DNA of 64,000 nt. It comes from an uncultured bacterium (GTDB taxonomy: Bacteria; Zixibacteria; MSB-5A5; CAIYYT01). This document shows, piece by piece, positions 48,904-57,393 of this stretch (position 1 is its first letter; every line of letters begins with the position of its first letter). Under the pieces are notes generated by a model. The model saw nothing but the letters and a program-made list of their open reading frames with translations, did not search any database and had not been told where the DNA came from. Both the position numbers and the translations under genes were made by a program. Location of the stretch: positions 78,033-142,032 of the forward strand of contig CAVOPW010000014.1 in assembly GCA_963698225.1 (NCBI GenBank), read 5' to 3'.

Positions 48904-50076
48904 CTAAACGTGGCTGAAACCGGTGTCAAGAGCCCGCTTGAGGTCTTCATAAGCCTCAATACCGGCCGAGATGCGAATAAGGCCATCGGAGATGCCGTTG
49001 GCGTCACGAACTTCCTTGGGTACCGAAGCGTGAGTCATCAGCGCCGGGTGCTGAATCAACGACTCAACGCCGCCGAGCGACTCCGCCAGTCCAAAAACTG
49101 GTGTGTTGGCCAGCATCTTCTTGGCGGACTCCAATCCTCCCTTGATTACGAACGAGATCATTCCGCCAAAAAGCCGCATCTGGCGCTCGGCGATCTTATG
49201 CTGCGGGAACGATTCCAGGCCGGGGTAGATAACCCGTTCCACCTTGGGATGGCTTTCCAGGTAAACCGCCAGATTCATGGCGTTGTCGCACTGACGCTCC
49301 ATCCGTAATGATAGTGTCTTGACACCACGCATCGTCAGAAAAGCGTCAAACGGCCCCATTATGGCGCCGGCAGCATTCTGGCAATACTTCATTCTTTCGT
49401 GATATTTTTCGTTCGAAGTCAGAATTGCACCGCCAACCGAATCGGCATGTCCATCGATGTACTTGGTCGTTGAGTGCACGATAATATCAGCTCCCAAATC
49501 GAGCGGCCGCTGTAAGAACGGCGATGCAAAGGTGTTGTCCACTACCAGGATCAGATTCTTGCGCTTCGTCAGCGTCGCTACCGCACGAATTTCCGTGATC
49601 TTGAGCATCGGATTAGTCGGCGTCTCAATAAAGACCATCTTCGTGTTCGGCTTGATCGCGGCCTCGATACGATCGGTAAATGAAGTGTCAACATAGGTAA
49701 ACTCGATCCCATAATCGGCGTAAACGCGATTAAAAACCCGAGGAGTGCCGCCATAGAGGTCATCGGAACAGACGACGTGATCGCCGGCCTTGAGTAGTGT
49801 CATCACATTCGAGGTCGCGGCCATCCCGGAAGCAAAACAAAGTCCGTACTTGGCCCCTTCGAGCGCCGCCAAACACTGCTCAAGCGCACAGCGGGTCGGG
49901 TTGGCTGTACGGGAATACTCAAACCCCTTGTGGCCGCCGATCCCCTCCTGTACGTAGGTCGAAGTCTGGTAGATCGGAAAAGCAATGGCGCCGGTCGCCG
50001 GATCAGGGGGTTGACCGGCATGAATTGCATTGGTCTCGAACTGATGTTTGCTCGGATCGTAGTCTTTCAAAATCAA
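48904..50076 (-). CDS. Cystathionine gamma-lyase / gamma-synthase family PLP enzyme
   Basis: 'FETNAIHAGQ', 'YSRTANPT' and 'HSTTKYIDGHAD' (PLP-lysine motif) are Cys/Met-metabolism PLP family motifs. The gene overlaps the CBS stop, so it is probably the lyase of reverse transsulfuration. Confidence 0.85.
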   Translation of the reverse strand: MILKDYDPSKHQFETNAIHAGQPPDPATGAIAFPIYQTSTYVQEGIGGHKGFEYSRTANPTRCALEQCLAALEGAKYGLCFASGMAATSNVMTLLKAGDHVVCSDDLYGGTPRVFNRVYADYGIEFTYVDTSFTDRIEAAIKPNTKMVFIETPTNPMLKITEIRAVATLTKRKNLILVVDNTFASPFLQRPLDLGADIIVHSTTKYIDGHADSVGGAILTSNEKYHERMKYCQNAAGAIMGPFDAFLTMRGVKTLSLRMERQCDNAMNLAVYLESHPKVERVIYPGLESFPQHKIAERQMRLFGGMISFVIKGGLESAKKMLANTPVFGLAESLGGVESLIQHPALMTHASVPKEVRDANGISDGLIRISAGIEAYEDLKRALDTGFSHV

Positions 50077-51440
50077 GCTCCTGCAAGAAAGTCGATTAAA
50101 TCAATTTTGGTTAAGATACCGACCAGTTTGCGGTTATCAACCGCAAAAACGACATCGGCGTTGGATTTTGAGAATAACTCCGCCAGACGCGAAATCGGCA
50201 TCTCCCGGGCGGCCGTATGATATTCACGCACGACCGCACTTTTTATTGACTGCGACGGCGAATAACGGCCCGCAACCATCAGGCTCAACAGGTCCGATTC
50301 ACGGATCAGACCAACAAGTTCATCGTTTTCCAGAACGGGCAATTGCGATATATCATACTTCTTCATCTTGTCGATGACATTATGCAGCGTATCGTCGGCA
50401 CTGGCCGAAATAATCTCTTTGCCGTTCTTGCGTTCAAGGATTCGCTGAACTGATCCGAGTTCCGGGCGCTCCTCCAGAAAGCCATAGTCGCGCATCCAGG
50501 TTTCATTAAACATCTTGGAGAGATACCGCGTGCCGCTGTCCGGCAGAACGACCACAATACGCTTCCCTGGGCCGACTTTCATGGCAACTTGCATCGCTCC
50601 CCAGACCGCGGCGCCCGAGGACCCGCCGGCAAAAATGCCTTCCTTCGTCGCCAAATCACGGCCAGTGAGGAAACAGTCTCGGTCATTCACCTGAAGCATG
50701 TCATCCACGATCGAAAAATCCATCGCTTGCGTGATCATGTCTTCACCAATTCCCTCGACTTTGTACACTTCCGGTTTTCCCGGCTTGCCGGTCTTGAAGA
50801 AATCGTAGAACACCGAACCATAGGGATCAACAGCAATAATCTTGATGTTCTTGTCCTGCTCCTTGAGATACTTCCCCGCTCCGGAGAGCGTTCCGCCGGT
50901 ACCGATGCCGGCGACGAAGTAGTCAATCTTGCCGTCCATATCCTTCCAGATCTCCGGACCGGTGAGATTGTAGTGCGCTTCAATATTCTTGGGATTGTGA
51001 TACTGGTTCAGATAGAACGAGCCGGGATTTTCACGATGGATCCGTTTGGCTGTCTCGTAATACGACTCGGGGCTGTCGGCCGGAACATTGGTCTTGGTGA
51101 CTACGACCTTGGCGCCAAATGCCTTAAGCAGATTGATCTTCTCATCGGACATCTTGTCGGGAATCGTGAAGATGGCTTTGTAACCCTTGACGGCGGCGAC
51201 AATCGCCACTCCGACGCCGGTGTTGCCCGAAGTGTTTTCGACGATCATTCCGGACTTGAGCTCGCCCCGGCGCTCGGCGTCTTCGATAATGTATCGTGCC
51301 ATGCGGTCCTTGATCGAACCACCCGGGTTCATGAACTCGAGCTTGGCATAAACTTCACCGGCTCCCTCCGGCACCATCCGTTGAAGTCGCACCAACGGCG
51401 TATTGCCGATGGCATCGAGTATGTTATTGAGCTTAGGCAT
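50073..51440 (-). CDS. Cystathionine beta-synthase (CysK-fold domain + tandem CBS domains)
   Basis: 'IGNTPLVRL', 'NPGGSIKDR' (PLP lysine) and 'GTGGTLSG'. The C-terminal ~130 aa contain two CBS repeats. Confidence 0.85.
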   Translation of the reverse strand: MPKLNNILDAIGNTPLVRLQRMVPEGAGEVYAKLEFMNPGGSIKDRMARYIIEDAERRGELKSGMIVENTSGNTGVGVAIVAAVKGYKAIFTIPDKMSDEKINLLKAFGAKVVVTKTNVPADSPESYYETAKRIHRENPGSFYLNQYHNPKNIEAHYNLTGPEIWKDMDGKIDYFVAGIGTGGTLSGAGKYLKEQDKNIKIIAVDPYGSVFYDFFKTGKPGKPEVYKVEGIGEDMITQAMDFSIVDDMLQVNDRDCFLTGRDLATKEGIFAGGSSGAAVWGAMQVAMKVGPGKRIVVVLPDSGTRYLSKMFNETWMRDYGFLEERPELGSVQRILERKNGKEIISASADDTLHNVIDKMKKYDISQLPVLENDELVGLIRESDLLSLMVAGRYSPSQSIKSAVVREYHTAAREMPISRLAELFSKSNADVVFAVDNRKLVGILTKIDLIDFLAGA

Positions 51441-51637
51441 TGATTTCCTCTATCATATGTAGATATTACTTTTCCAAACAATAATTCGAGCAAGATTGTA
51501 TTCAACTGAAGCGGTGAGACGCTCTTGGAACATAAACAAATCCGTTCCACTTTGCAACCGTGACGCTGCAATTCTGTTCCGGCCAAAGTCGATAAGAGCC
51601 ATTGCCAAACGAGGATGTTTTTCGTTATTTGCTGAAG

Positions 51638-52375
51638 ATGAAGACGGAAAAACCACTATCGGGAAGGACGGCCCTGATTTCCGGCGCCGGCCGCGGCGTG
51701 GGTCGCGCCATTGCCGAAACCTTCGCGGCAGCGGGAGCCGATTTGGTGTTGATTGCTCGCTCCAAGGATGAGTTGAGTGCAACCGCACTTGAGTGTGGGA
51801 GAGCCGGCGCCAGAGTGCTTGCCGAGACCGTCGACCTGGCGGACATCAAGCAGATCGACAGGCTGTTTACGTCGCTTGTCGGCCAGAGGCTCAAGCTTAA
51901 CATCCTCGTCAACAATGCGGCAATTCTCATTAAGAGCCTCCTGGAAGAATACGATCTTGCGGACTTCGACAAGATGTTCGCTATTAATGTCACAGCGCCC
52001 CTCGCCCTTAGCCAACGAGCTATTCCGATAATGAAGGAACTCGGGGGCGGAACGATCGTGAACATCTCTTCGCTCTCCGGCTGCTTCGGTGTACAGAAAT
52101 TTCCCGGTTTCGGTGCTTACGATATTACCAAGTATGCCCTGTGGGGGCTGACCGAAATGCTGGCCATCGAGAACATGAAGCACAATATCCGCGTCAACCA
52201 ACTCTCTCTCTCCGCAGTCGATACTGCAATGTTCCGCTCGGCCGCGCCGCCGGGGCTCAAAGCCGCTCTCAAGGCGGAGGACGTCGGCAGGCACGTGCTC
52301 TATCTCGCTTCGGAAGATTCTGCACCGCTGACCGGAGAGAATGTCATCTTAACCGGAATGGCTCCAGCGAGATAA
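51638..52375 (+). CDS. Short-chain dehydrogenase/reductase (SDR), sepiapterin-reductase-like by context
   Basis: 'TALISGAGRGVGRAIA' (TGxxxGxG), 'NNAA' and 'YDITKYAL' (YxxxK). Start placed at the ATG at 51638. A PTPS gene follows immediately. Confidence 0.75.
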   Translation: MKTEKPLSGRTALISGAGRGVGRAIAETFAAAGADLVLIARSKDELSATALECGRAGARVLAETVDLADIKQIDRLFTSLVGQRLKLNILVNNAAILIKSLLEEYDLADFDKMFAINVTAPLALSQRAIPIMKELGGGTIVNISSLSGCFGVQKFPGFGAYDITKYALWGLTEMLAIENMKHNIRVNQLSLSAVDTAMFRSAAPPGLKAALKAEDVGRHVLYLASEDSAPLTGENVILTGMAPAR

Positions 52376-52378
52376 ACG

Positions 52379-52786
52379 ATGAAAACGACCATCACCAAGA
52401 GAATGACCTTCTGCGCCGGGCACCGCCTCTTCAGACCTGACCTCTCGGATGACGAAAACCTGAAAATCTTCGGAGAATGCTCCAATCCGAACGGTCACGG
52501 CCACAACTATGTCCTCGAGGTCAGCGTCTCCGGTGATATCGATCCGACAACCGGTATGATTATCAACCTCAAAGCACTCAAGCAGGTCATCGAACGTGAG
52601 GTTGTCGCTAAGGTCGACCACAAGAATCTCAATGTCGACGTGGAATTCATGAAAGGTCAAGTTCCAACCACCGAGGTCTTTGCTGCCAGGATCTTCGACA
52701 TTCTGGACAAAGCTCTCGGAAAAGGATTATTGGCGCGCGTAGTTTTGTGGGAGTCCGAAAACAACCGATTTGAAGTCTCGCGCTAG
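52379..52786 (+). CDS. 6-pyruvoyl-tetrahydropterin synthase, animal-type (PTPS-I-like; QueD superfamily)
   Basis: '[48 protein letters not shown]..LK' is almost collinear with mammalian PTPS ('[35 protein letters not shown]'). It includes the catalytic Cys and the Zn-binding His residues. Confidence 0.85.
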   Translation: [135 protein letters not shown]

Positions 52787-52834
52787 TAATGTCCGCGGGA
52801 AGTTACTATTAACGGCAAGGCCGGAGGAATAGTC

Positions 52835-53563
52835 TTGGAAAGAGTAGCTCTGATTACAGGCGGGTCAAGGGGACTTGGATTGGCAACCGCAAAAGAACTG
52901 CAGGCGCGCGGATTCAGACTCCTTCTGGTTGGGTTGGAAACACAATTGACCCAGAACGCTCTGAGAATTCTTACCGATCGCCCTGAAGTCAAGTACATCT
53001 CCGGCGATATTACCAAATCGGGCACCTGTATCGAAGCTGCCCGCATTTGCCGTGAGGCTTTCGGACGCCTCGACGTTCTCGTCAATAATGCCGGCATTTA
53101 CCTGGGCGGAAACATCGAGGAATTTCCCGAAAGTTCGTGGGATCAGATTATTGGAGTCAATCTTACTTCGCATTTTCTCATGACCAAGGCAGCAACGCCA
53201 TTGCTCAAGGAGTCGCAAGGTCAGATCGTTTTCATTAATTCAGTTGGCGGCAAACAGGGGCAGGCGAACAACTCCGCCTATTGCGCTTCGAAATTCGGTC
53301 TTCAAGGGCTGGCCGACTCGATACGGATCGAACTGAAACCGTTCAAAATTCGCGTGACAAGCATCTTCCCGAATAATATGAACTCTGTCGGTGAAGTAAT
53401 CTCATCCGGAGACCCAAAGCGTCTTCAGCTATTGGAAACGGCCGACGTTGCCCGCCTGATTGGCGACGTTGCCGACGCTCCGGCATATGCACAGATCCCG
53501 GAAATTCAGATCTACCCGCTCTCTACCGAAGTATCGAAGAGCGAGCGTAACAAATTCCAGTAA
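52835..53563 (+). CDS. Short-chain dehydrogenase/reductase (SDR), second copy flanking PTPS
   Basis: TTG start. 'ALITGGSRGLGLATA', 'NNAG' and 'YCASKFGL' (YxxxK). Confidence 0.75.
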   Translation: MERVALITGGSRGLGLATAKELQARGFRLLLVGLETQLTQNALRILTDRPEVKYISGDITKSGTCIEAARICREAFGRLDVLVNNAGIYLGGNIEEFPESSWDQIIGVNLTSHFLMTKAATPLLKESQGQIVFINSVGGKQGQANNSAYCASKFGLQGLADSIRIELKPFKIRVTSIFPNNMNSVGEVISSGDPKRLQLLETADVARLIGDVADAPAYAQIPEIQIYPLSTEVSKSERNKFQ

Positions 53564-53595
53564 TCTGATTCAGGAGATACCGCCCGACCGTCGCT

Positions 53596-54795
53596 TTATG
53601 GCCCGACCTGCGTGCTGTCGCCAACCCAGCCACACGATAATGTATCGCTGATCCGCGTGATAAATAGCGGCTCCGCAACCGGCAATGGTACGCGAATCGC
53701 TACCGTCGGCTGAAGTGCTGCTCCATTCCCGACTGCCGGGCATTCGTCTCCCGGTATCATTACGGAATATTGGACAATCGTTCCCGCAGAGCCCGGTTCA
53801 AACTTGTCGAGCCAGATTCCGCCTCCCCATGACGTCTGGATGTCGGTCCGTAGTATCAACACCGCATGAGTGGTGAAATCAACCATATTGTCAAGTGGCG
53901 GAACCGGACGGTCTCCAACGACCGTGGAGTCGGTGCCCCAAAGCGTGTCGACCGGCGTACCCCAGCGGCTGACGTCGCACTCCCAGGCGGCCTCAACCCA
54001 GGCAGTAAACTCCTCGGATGTCCGGATCAATTGTCCAGATTCTCCCAGGGCCGGGCAGATGGCGTCGGTATAATACAGTGTCAGCGGCAACGATGGATCG
54101 GGCACCCAGGAACAACTGTAAGTAACATCGCTGCGATTCCAGGCAAATGTCATCACTCCGGGGCGCGGCACAATAAACGCGGCAACGGGGTTGGTGAAGA
54201 TATTCGGATCCACGAGCGGACCGAAACAGTCATCTGCCGGAGAGGATACCTCGTAACTGACTACGGTTTCATTCTCCTTCTCCTCCAGGCTCCTGATCCA
54301 GATATACCGTCCGGCGAGACCCTGTTCGAGTTTAAGGATCAGGATGATGTGTGTTCCAAAATCAACAGGCGGCGCTTCCCCCGGCCAGAGGCTGTCTGGT
54401 CCCACCACGACGGTGTCGGAAACAGTCGAGTCGGAAAGCGGAATGAAATTGCGTTTGAAATTTCCGTTGGCACAGTCAATGGCCCCGTCCCACCACTCCT
54501 CCCAGTTGGCCGAGTCGACTACGGTCTCGAACTGCATCTGCTGTGGACAGCCGTTATCGGTGAAGAACACCGGGAAGTACTGAATGCCGGTATCGAATCC
54601 CGGAAGACCCGGTAGTGTGTCATTGGGTCCGGAGATACCGGGTCCGCCGATAAACGGGTCGCTATCATTTTCGCGGCCGCCGCCCGCAAGACGCTGCGAT
54701 TCCGGTTTGTCCGGTTCCGTCGGTTTGTCGCTCCCGCAGCCTGTGAACAGCCAGAAACCAACCGCCAGCCATAGCAAAGTGACGATTCTCATCAT
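53596..54795 (-). CDS. Hypothetical lipoprotein with an internal tandem duplication of a ~150-aa Cys-containing domain
   Basis: GGAGG RBS and ATG-ATG at 54795/54792. Lipobox 'WLFTGC'. Two collinear repeats each have 'TD..CP...W...W.C....VDF.TH..LIL...G..IW......V.Y.V..P.D.C......P..A..VP.P......SC.W'. The listed ORF start at 54924 would overlap the tRNA. Confidence 0.6.
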   Translation of the reverse strand: MMRIVTLLWLAVGFWLFTGCGSDKPTEPDKPESQRLAGGGRENDSDPFIGGPGISGPNDTLPGLPGFDTGIQYFPVFFTDNGCPQQMQFETVVDSANWEEWWDGAIDCANGNFKRNFIPLSDSTVSDTVVVGPDSLWPGEAPPVDFGTHIILILKLEQGLAGRYIWIRSLEEKENETVVSYEVSSPADDCFGPLVDPNIFTNPVAAFIVPRPGVMTFAWNRSDVTYSCSWVPDPSLPLTLYYTDAICPALGESGQLIRTSEEFTAWVEAAWECDVSRWGTPVDTLWGTDSTVVGDRPVPPLDNMVDFTTHAVLILRTDIQTSWGGGIWLDKFEPGSAGTIVQYSVMIPGDECPAVGNGAALQPTVAIRVPLPVAEPLFITRISDTLSCGWVGDSTQVGP

Positions 54796-54897
54796 ACTAT
54801 TCAACCTCCAAGGATATTCTCCTTCGCTTTGTAGACGACTAATGAACAATGTCTGTGCAGAAATATCGGGGAAGCTGCGCATGCACCCAAGGAAAAA

Positions 54898-54971
<74 letters not shown>

Positions 54972-55780
54972 ATTAGCAGCTTCAAGAAATTCCTCCGGCG
55001 GCTGATTGTCAAGGGATTTCTTGCCGCCATCCCGGCGTTGCCGGACCGATTCAAGTCACCGGCAACAATTCGCCCCGAATAGCCGGGCGTGTTCGATCGC
55101 CGGCAGGAAGAATCTCTTTGGCTACTCCGCCGTTGCCGATAATCAGACCGCAAGGCATTTCAAAATGAGTCATCCGGCGGTTCCCGGCGGACCGCAACGG
55201 CAATCAGCGCCGTACTTTTTTGGCAAATCAAATTGTTGTCAAGTGTTCACATGCAAAAAACATAAAATATTTTTCGTTCGACGAAGATGTGGATGCGCGA
55301 CCAATATTCCGCTTCATGCGACGGCCGCATTTATCGCACTACATATCCACGTTCCGGCGCCATCCGCAAATTTACAGCATAAAATCACTCAAGAGGATCA
55401 AGATGATTTCAAAAATTCCGATTAAGAAATGGAGAGGACGATTCAGGGAATGAACAAGTCGATGTCTGAACAGATGATTTTCGCGGAAGAACAAAAAGTT
55501 TTTGTTGATTTAGTTTGCTCCGACATTCACTCTTACATGCAACTGATTTAAAAACCGGCAGAGATGCTGAAGACACGAGTTCAAGAATGAGCAACAGAGA
55601 AAATTTTCAGGTCAACAGGACAGCAGATGCTCGCACCGAGATCGTCTCTTCGGCATTGGCACGGACCCCCGCGGCTGATGTTGACTCCTTGCAAACAGAA
55701 ATGGGTAGATCATTTGATCGTCCCGGTTTGAAGATAAATTCGAATGATCAACCATTCAATATTTGTGAGAGGAGATCGTA

Positions 55781-56098
55781 GTGGCAGCTAAGAAAGCTAC
55801 AGCGAAGAAGAAAGCAACGAAGAAATCAACTAATAAAAAGTCAACAAAGAAGGGTGCGAACGAGTGGTCGGCTGTCAGTGTCGCTTATCTGAAGGCGAAC
55901 TACAAATCGAAAACCGCACGCGAGATCGCCAAGCGATTGGGCAGATCGATCGACGCCGTTCGTGCTAAAGCCGCAACCTTAAACCTAAAGAAGGGTCCCG
56001 TGAAGAAAAAAGCAGCAGCTAAAAAGAGCACGGCCAAGAAGTCGCCTGCAAAGAAGACGACTGCCAAGAAGGGTACCAAGAAAGCCGGCAAGAAGTAA
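55781..56098 (+). CDS. Histone-H1-like lysine/alanine-rich DNA-binding protein with a central helical (Myb/SANT- or HTH-like) core
   Basis: GAGGAG lies 6 nt upstream of the GTG at 55781. N- and C-terminal tails are KKAT/AKKS repeats ('AAKKATAKKKATKKSTNKKSTKK', 'KKKAAAKKSTAKKSPAKKTTAKKGTKKAGKK'). They flank 'EWSAVSVAYLKANYKSKTAREIAKRLGRSIDAVRAKAATLNL'. A strong terminator follows. Confidence 0.65.
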   Translation: MAAKKATAKKKATKKSTNKKSTKKGANEWSAVSVAYLKANYKSKTAREIAKRLGRSIDAVRAKAATLNLKKGPVKKKAAAKKSTAKKSPAKKTTAKKGTKKAGKK

Positions 56099-56157
56099 TC
56101 TTGCCACCCTTATACTTCGCGCGGGCGAACAGCCTGGTAGCGGGGTAGAATTCTTGC

Positions 56158-56191
56158 AACCCGTGTCTGCAAAGACACGGGTTGATTTTTT
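56158..56191 (+). terminator. Rho-independent terminator
   Basis: Perfect 11-bp stem AACCCGTGTCT / AGACACGGGTT with a GCAA tetraloop, followed by GATTTTTTG. Confidence 0.85.
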
Positions 56192-56214
56192 GTGTTCGAT
56201 TTGCCAAATTGTTC

Positions 56215-57393
56215 ATGCCGGTTCGGCAGTTCGGATATGTGGGCATAAAAATGGGCGTCCTAATCAATCGCGAACAGTTCCAAATGATAGTCTCTGGCGA
56301 TGAGACCTGTCTTGTCCTTAACTCCCGCCAATCCAAACGCCCGTGCCGGGCAGATAAATGGGTGACTGCCACTGAACAGGCGATCCGTCACTACTGCTCC
56401 CGAAACTGCCTCTTTCTCACATCGATTGGGATGAATAGCTGGGAACTGGCCGTTCATCTGGTCAACATCTACGGTGGCCGGCAGATCGTCGTCATCCCTT
56501 CTGATCTGACCGAATACGGCTACGATACGACCGACGATGTGCTGCGAAAGTTCAGACTCGATGACCGACGCACCCGTTTGACCGCCCTCCACGAATCCGA
56601 ATCTTCGGATCAAGAAAGCTGGCCGCAACGTCGCGATGAATTCCTGATCGCCAACGCTCAAATTCTCGTTCCTGTCGCGGTTCGGCCCTCTGGCCGCCTT
56701 CAATCGCTCCTCGATCAGTCGAATGCCATGTTTGACGACTCGTTTCGTATCCCCTATCACAGATCGGTCGACCGGGTGCGCTACGACTGGAACCGGGTAA
56801 AGCTCAATTTGCCGGTCAGCTATGGCTGGAACGGCCTGACCCACTGGACCAGATCCGCCTTCGGACCATTCGATTCGGAAGACCATTGCGATTACTACAG
56901 CGCCATACTGAAATCGAACTCTTACCCCTATTCTGCGATTCATATCCTTGAGCAGATCATGAGAGATCGGCGAATCCGTGCCTCCGGTCGATTTATCCGC
57001 GGCGGATACCGGGTCGTATCGTTGACCGCACTGAAACCTACTGAAGCCATCGAGTTGATGCGCTGGCGGAAACGGTACGCCTATTACAGTTTCGAACCTT
57101 ACGGGATCGCTCTCGACGCCGCGTTCGCCTCCCACCTTGGTTGCCGGCCGGTACAGTATGGGACGCCTTCAGAATTCAACTCGCTCGGCGAACTCGATCG
57201 GCCCTTCTTCCAGAACGCCGGTTCGGAGGTGGCCGAATGGCGGCCGGAGGCCGAATGGCGACATATTGGCGATCTGAACCTGCAGGACGTTCCTGCGGAA
57301 ATGATGCGGATCTATACTTACCGGGAAAGCGAGATGGAGAAATTGCAGCGAATGGCCCCCTGCCAGGTCATCACTCTCACTGTCGGCGATTAA
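56215..57393 (+). CDS. Hypothetical fusion protein: N-terminal DprA/Smf-like (SLOG-superfamily) Rossmann domain + C-terminal AbiGi-like domain
   Basis: Start uncertain: candidate ATGs at 56215, 56251 and 56284, all after the terminator and none with a clear SD. N-domain: 'FLTSIGMNSWELAVHLVNIYGGRQIVVIP' and 'WPQRRDEFLIANAQILVPVAVRPSGRLQSLL' parallel DprA 'SGlA.GID..AH......GG.TIAVLg' and 'FP.RNRII.gLs..vlVvEa...SGsLiTa'. C-domain: 'LTHWTRS', 'RVVSLTAL', 'YSFEPYGIALDAAFASHLGCRPVQYG' and 'PEAEWRHIGDLNL' resemble AbiGi-type signatures as I remember them. Confidence 0.45.
   Translation: MPVRQFGYVGIKMGVLINREQFQMIVSGDETCLVLNSRQSKRPCRADKWVTATEQAIRHYCSRNCLFLTSIGMNSWELAVHLVNIYGGRQIVVIPSDLTEYGYDTTDDVLRKFRLDDRRTRLTALHESESSDQESWPQRRDEFLIANAQILVPVAVRPSGRLQSLLDQSNAMFDDSFRIPYHRSVDRVRYDWNRVKLNLPVSYGWNGLTHWTRSAFGPFDSEDHCDYYSAILKSNSYPYSAIHILEQIMRDRRIRASGRFIRGGYRVVSLTALKPTEAIELMRWRKRYAYYSFEPYGIALDAAFASHLGCRPVQYGTPSEFNSLGELDRPFFQNAGSEVAEWRPEAEWRHIGDLNLQDVPAEMMRIYTYRESEMEKLQRMAPCQVITLTVGD

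Noticed and set aside
51441-51637. Possible SAM/S-box-type riboswitch upstream of the CBS/CGL operon (minus-strand 'GGCTCTTATCGAC...').
   Set aside because: Only the 'CTCTTATC' string resembles SAM-I. The GAGGGA/GGCCC core and the closing 'GAGAGATAAGAG'-type helix are missing.
55450-55781. Short ORFs in the A/T-rich spacer: a 33-codon ORF at 55450-55551 and a 64-codon ORF at 55587-55781.
   Set aside because: The first has a possible SD (GGAGAGGA, ~12 nt upstream), and the second overlaps the H1-like GTG start. Neither has a recognisable motif, and both are too weakly supported to list as features. They are mentioned under the spacer finding instead.
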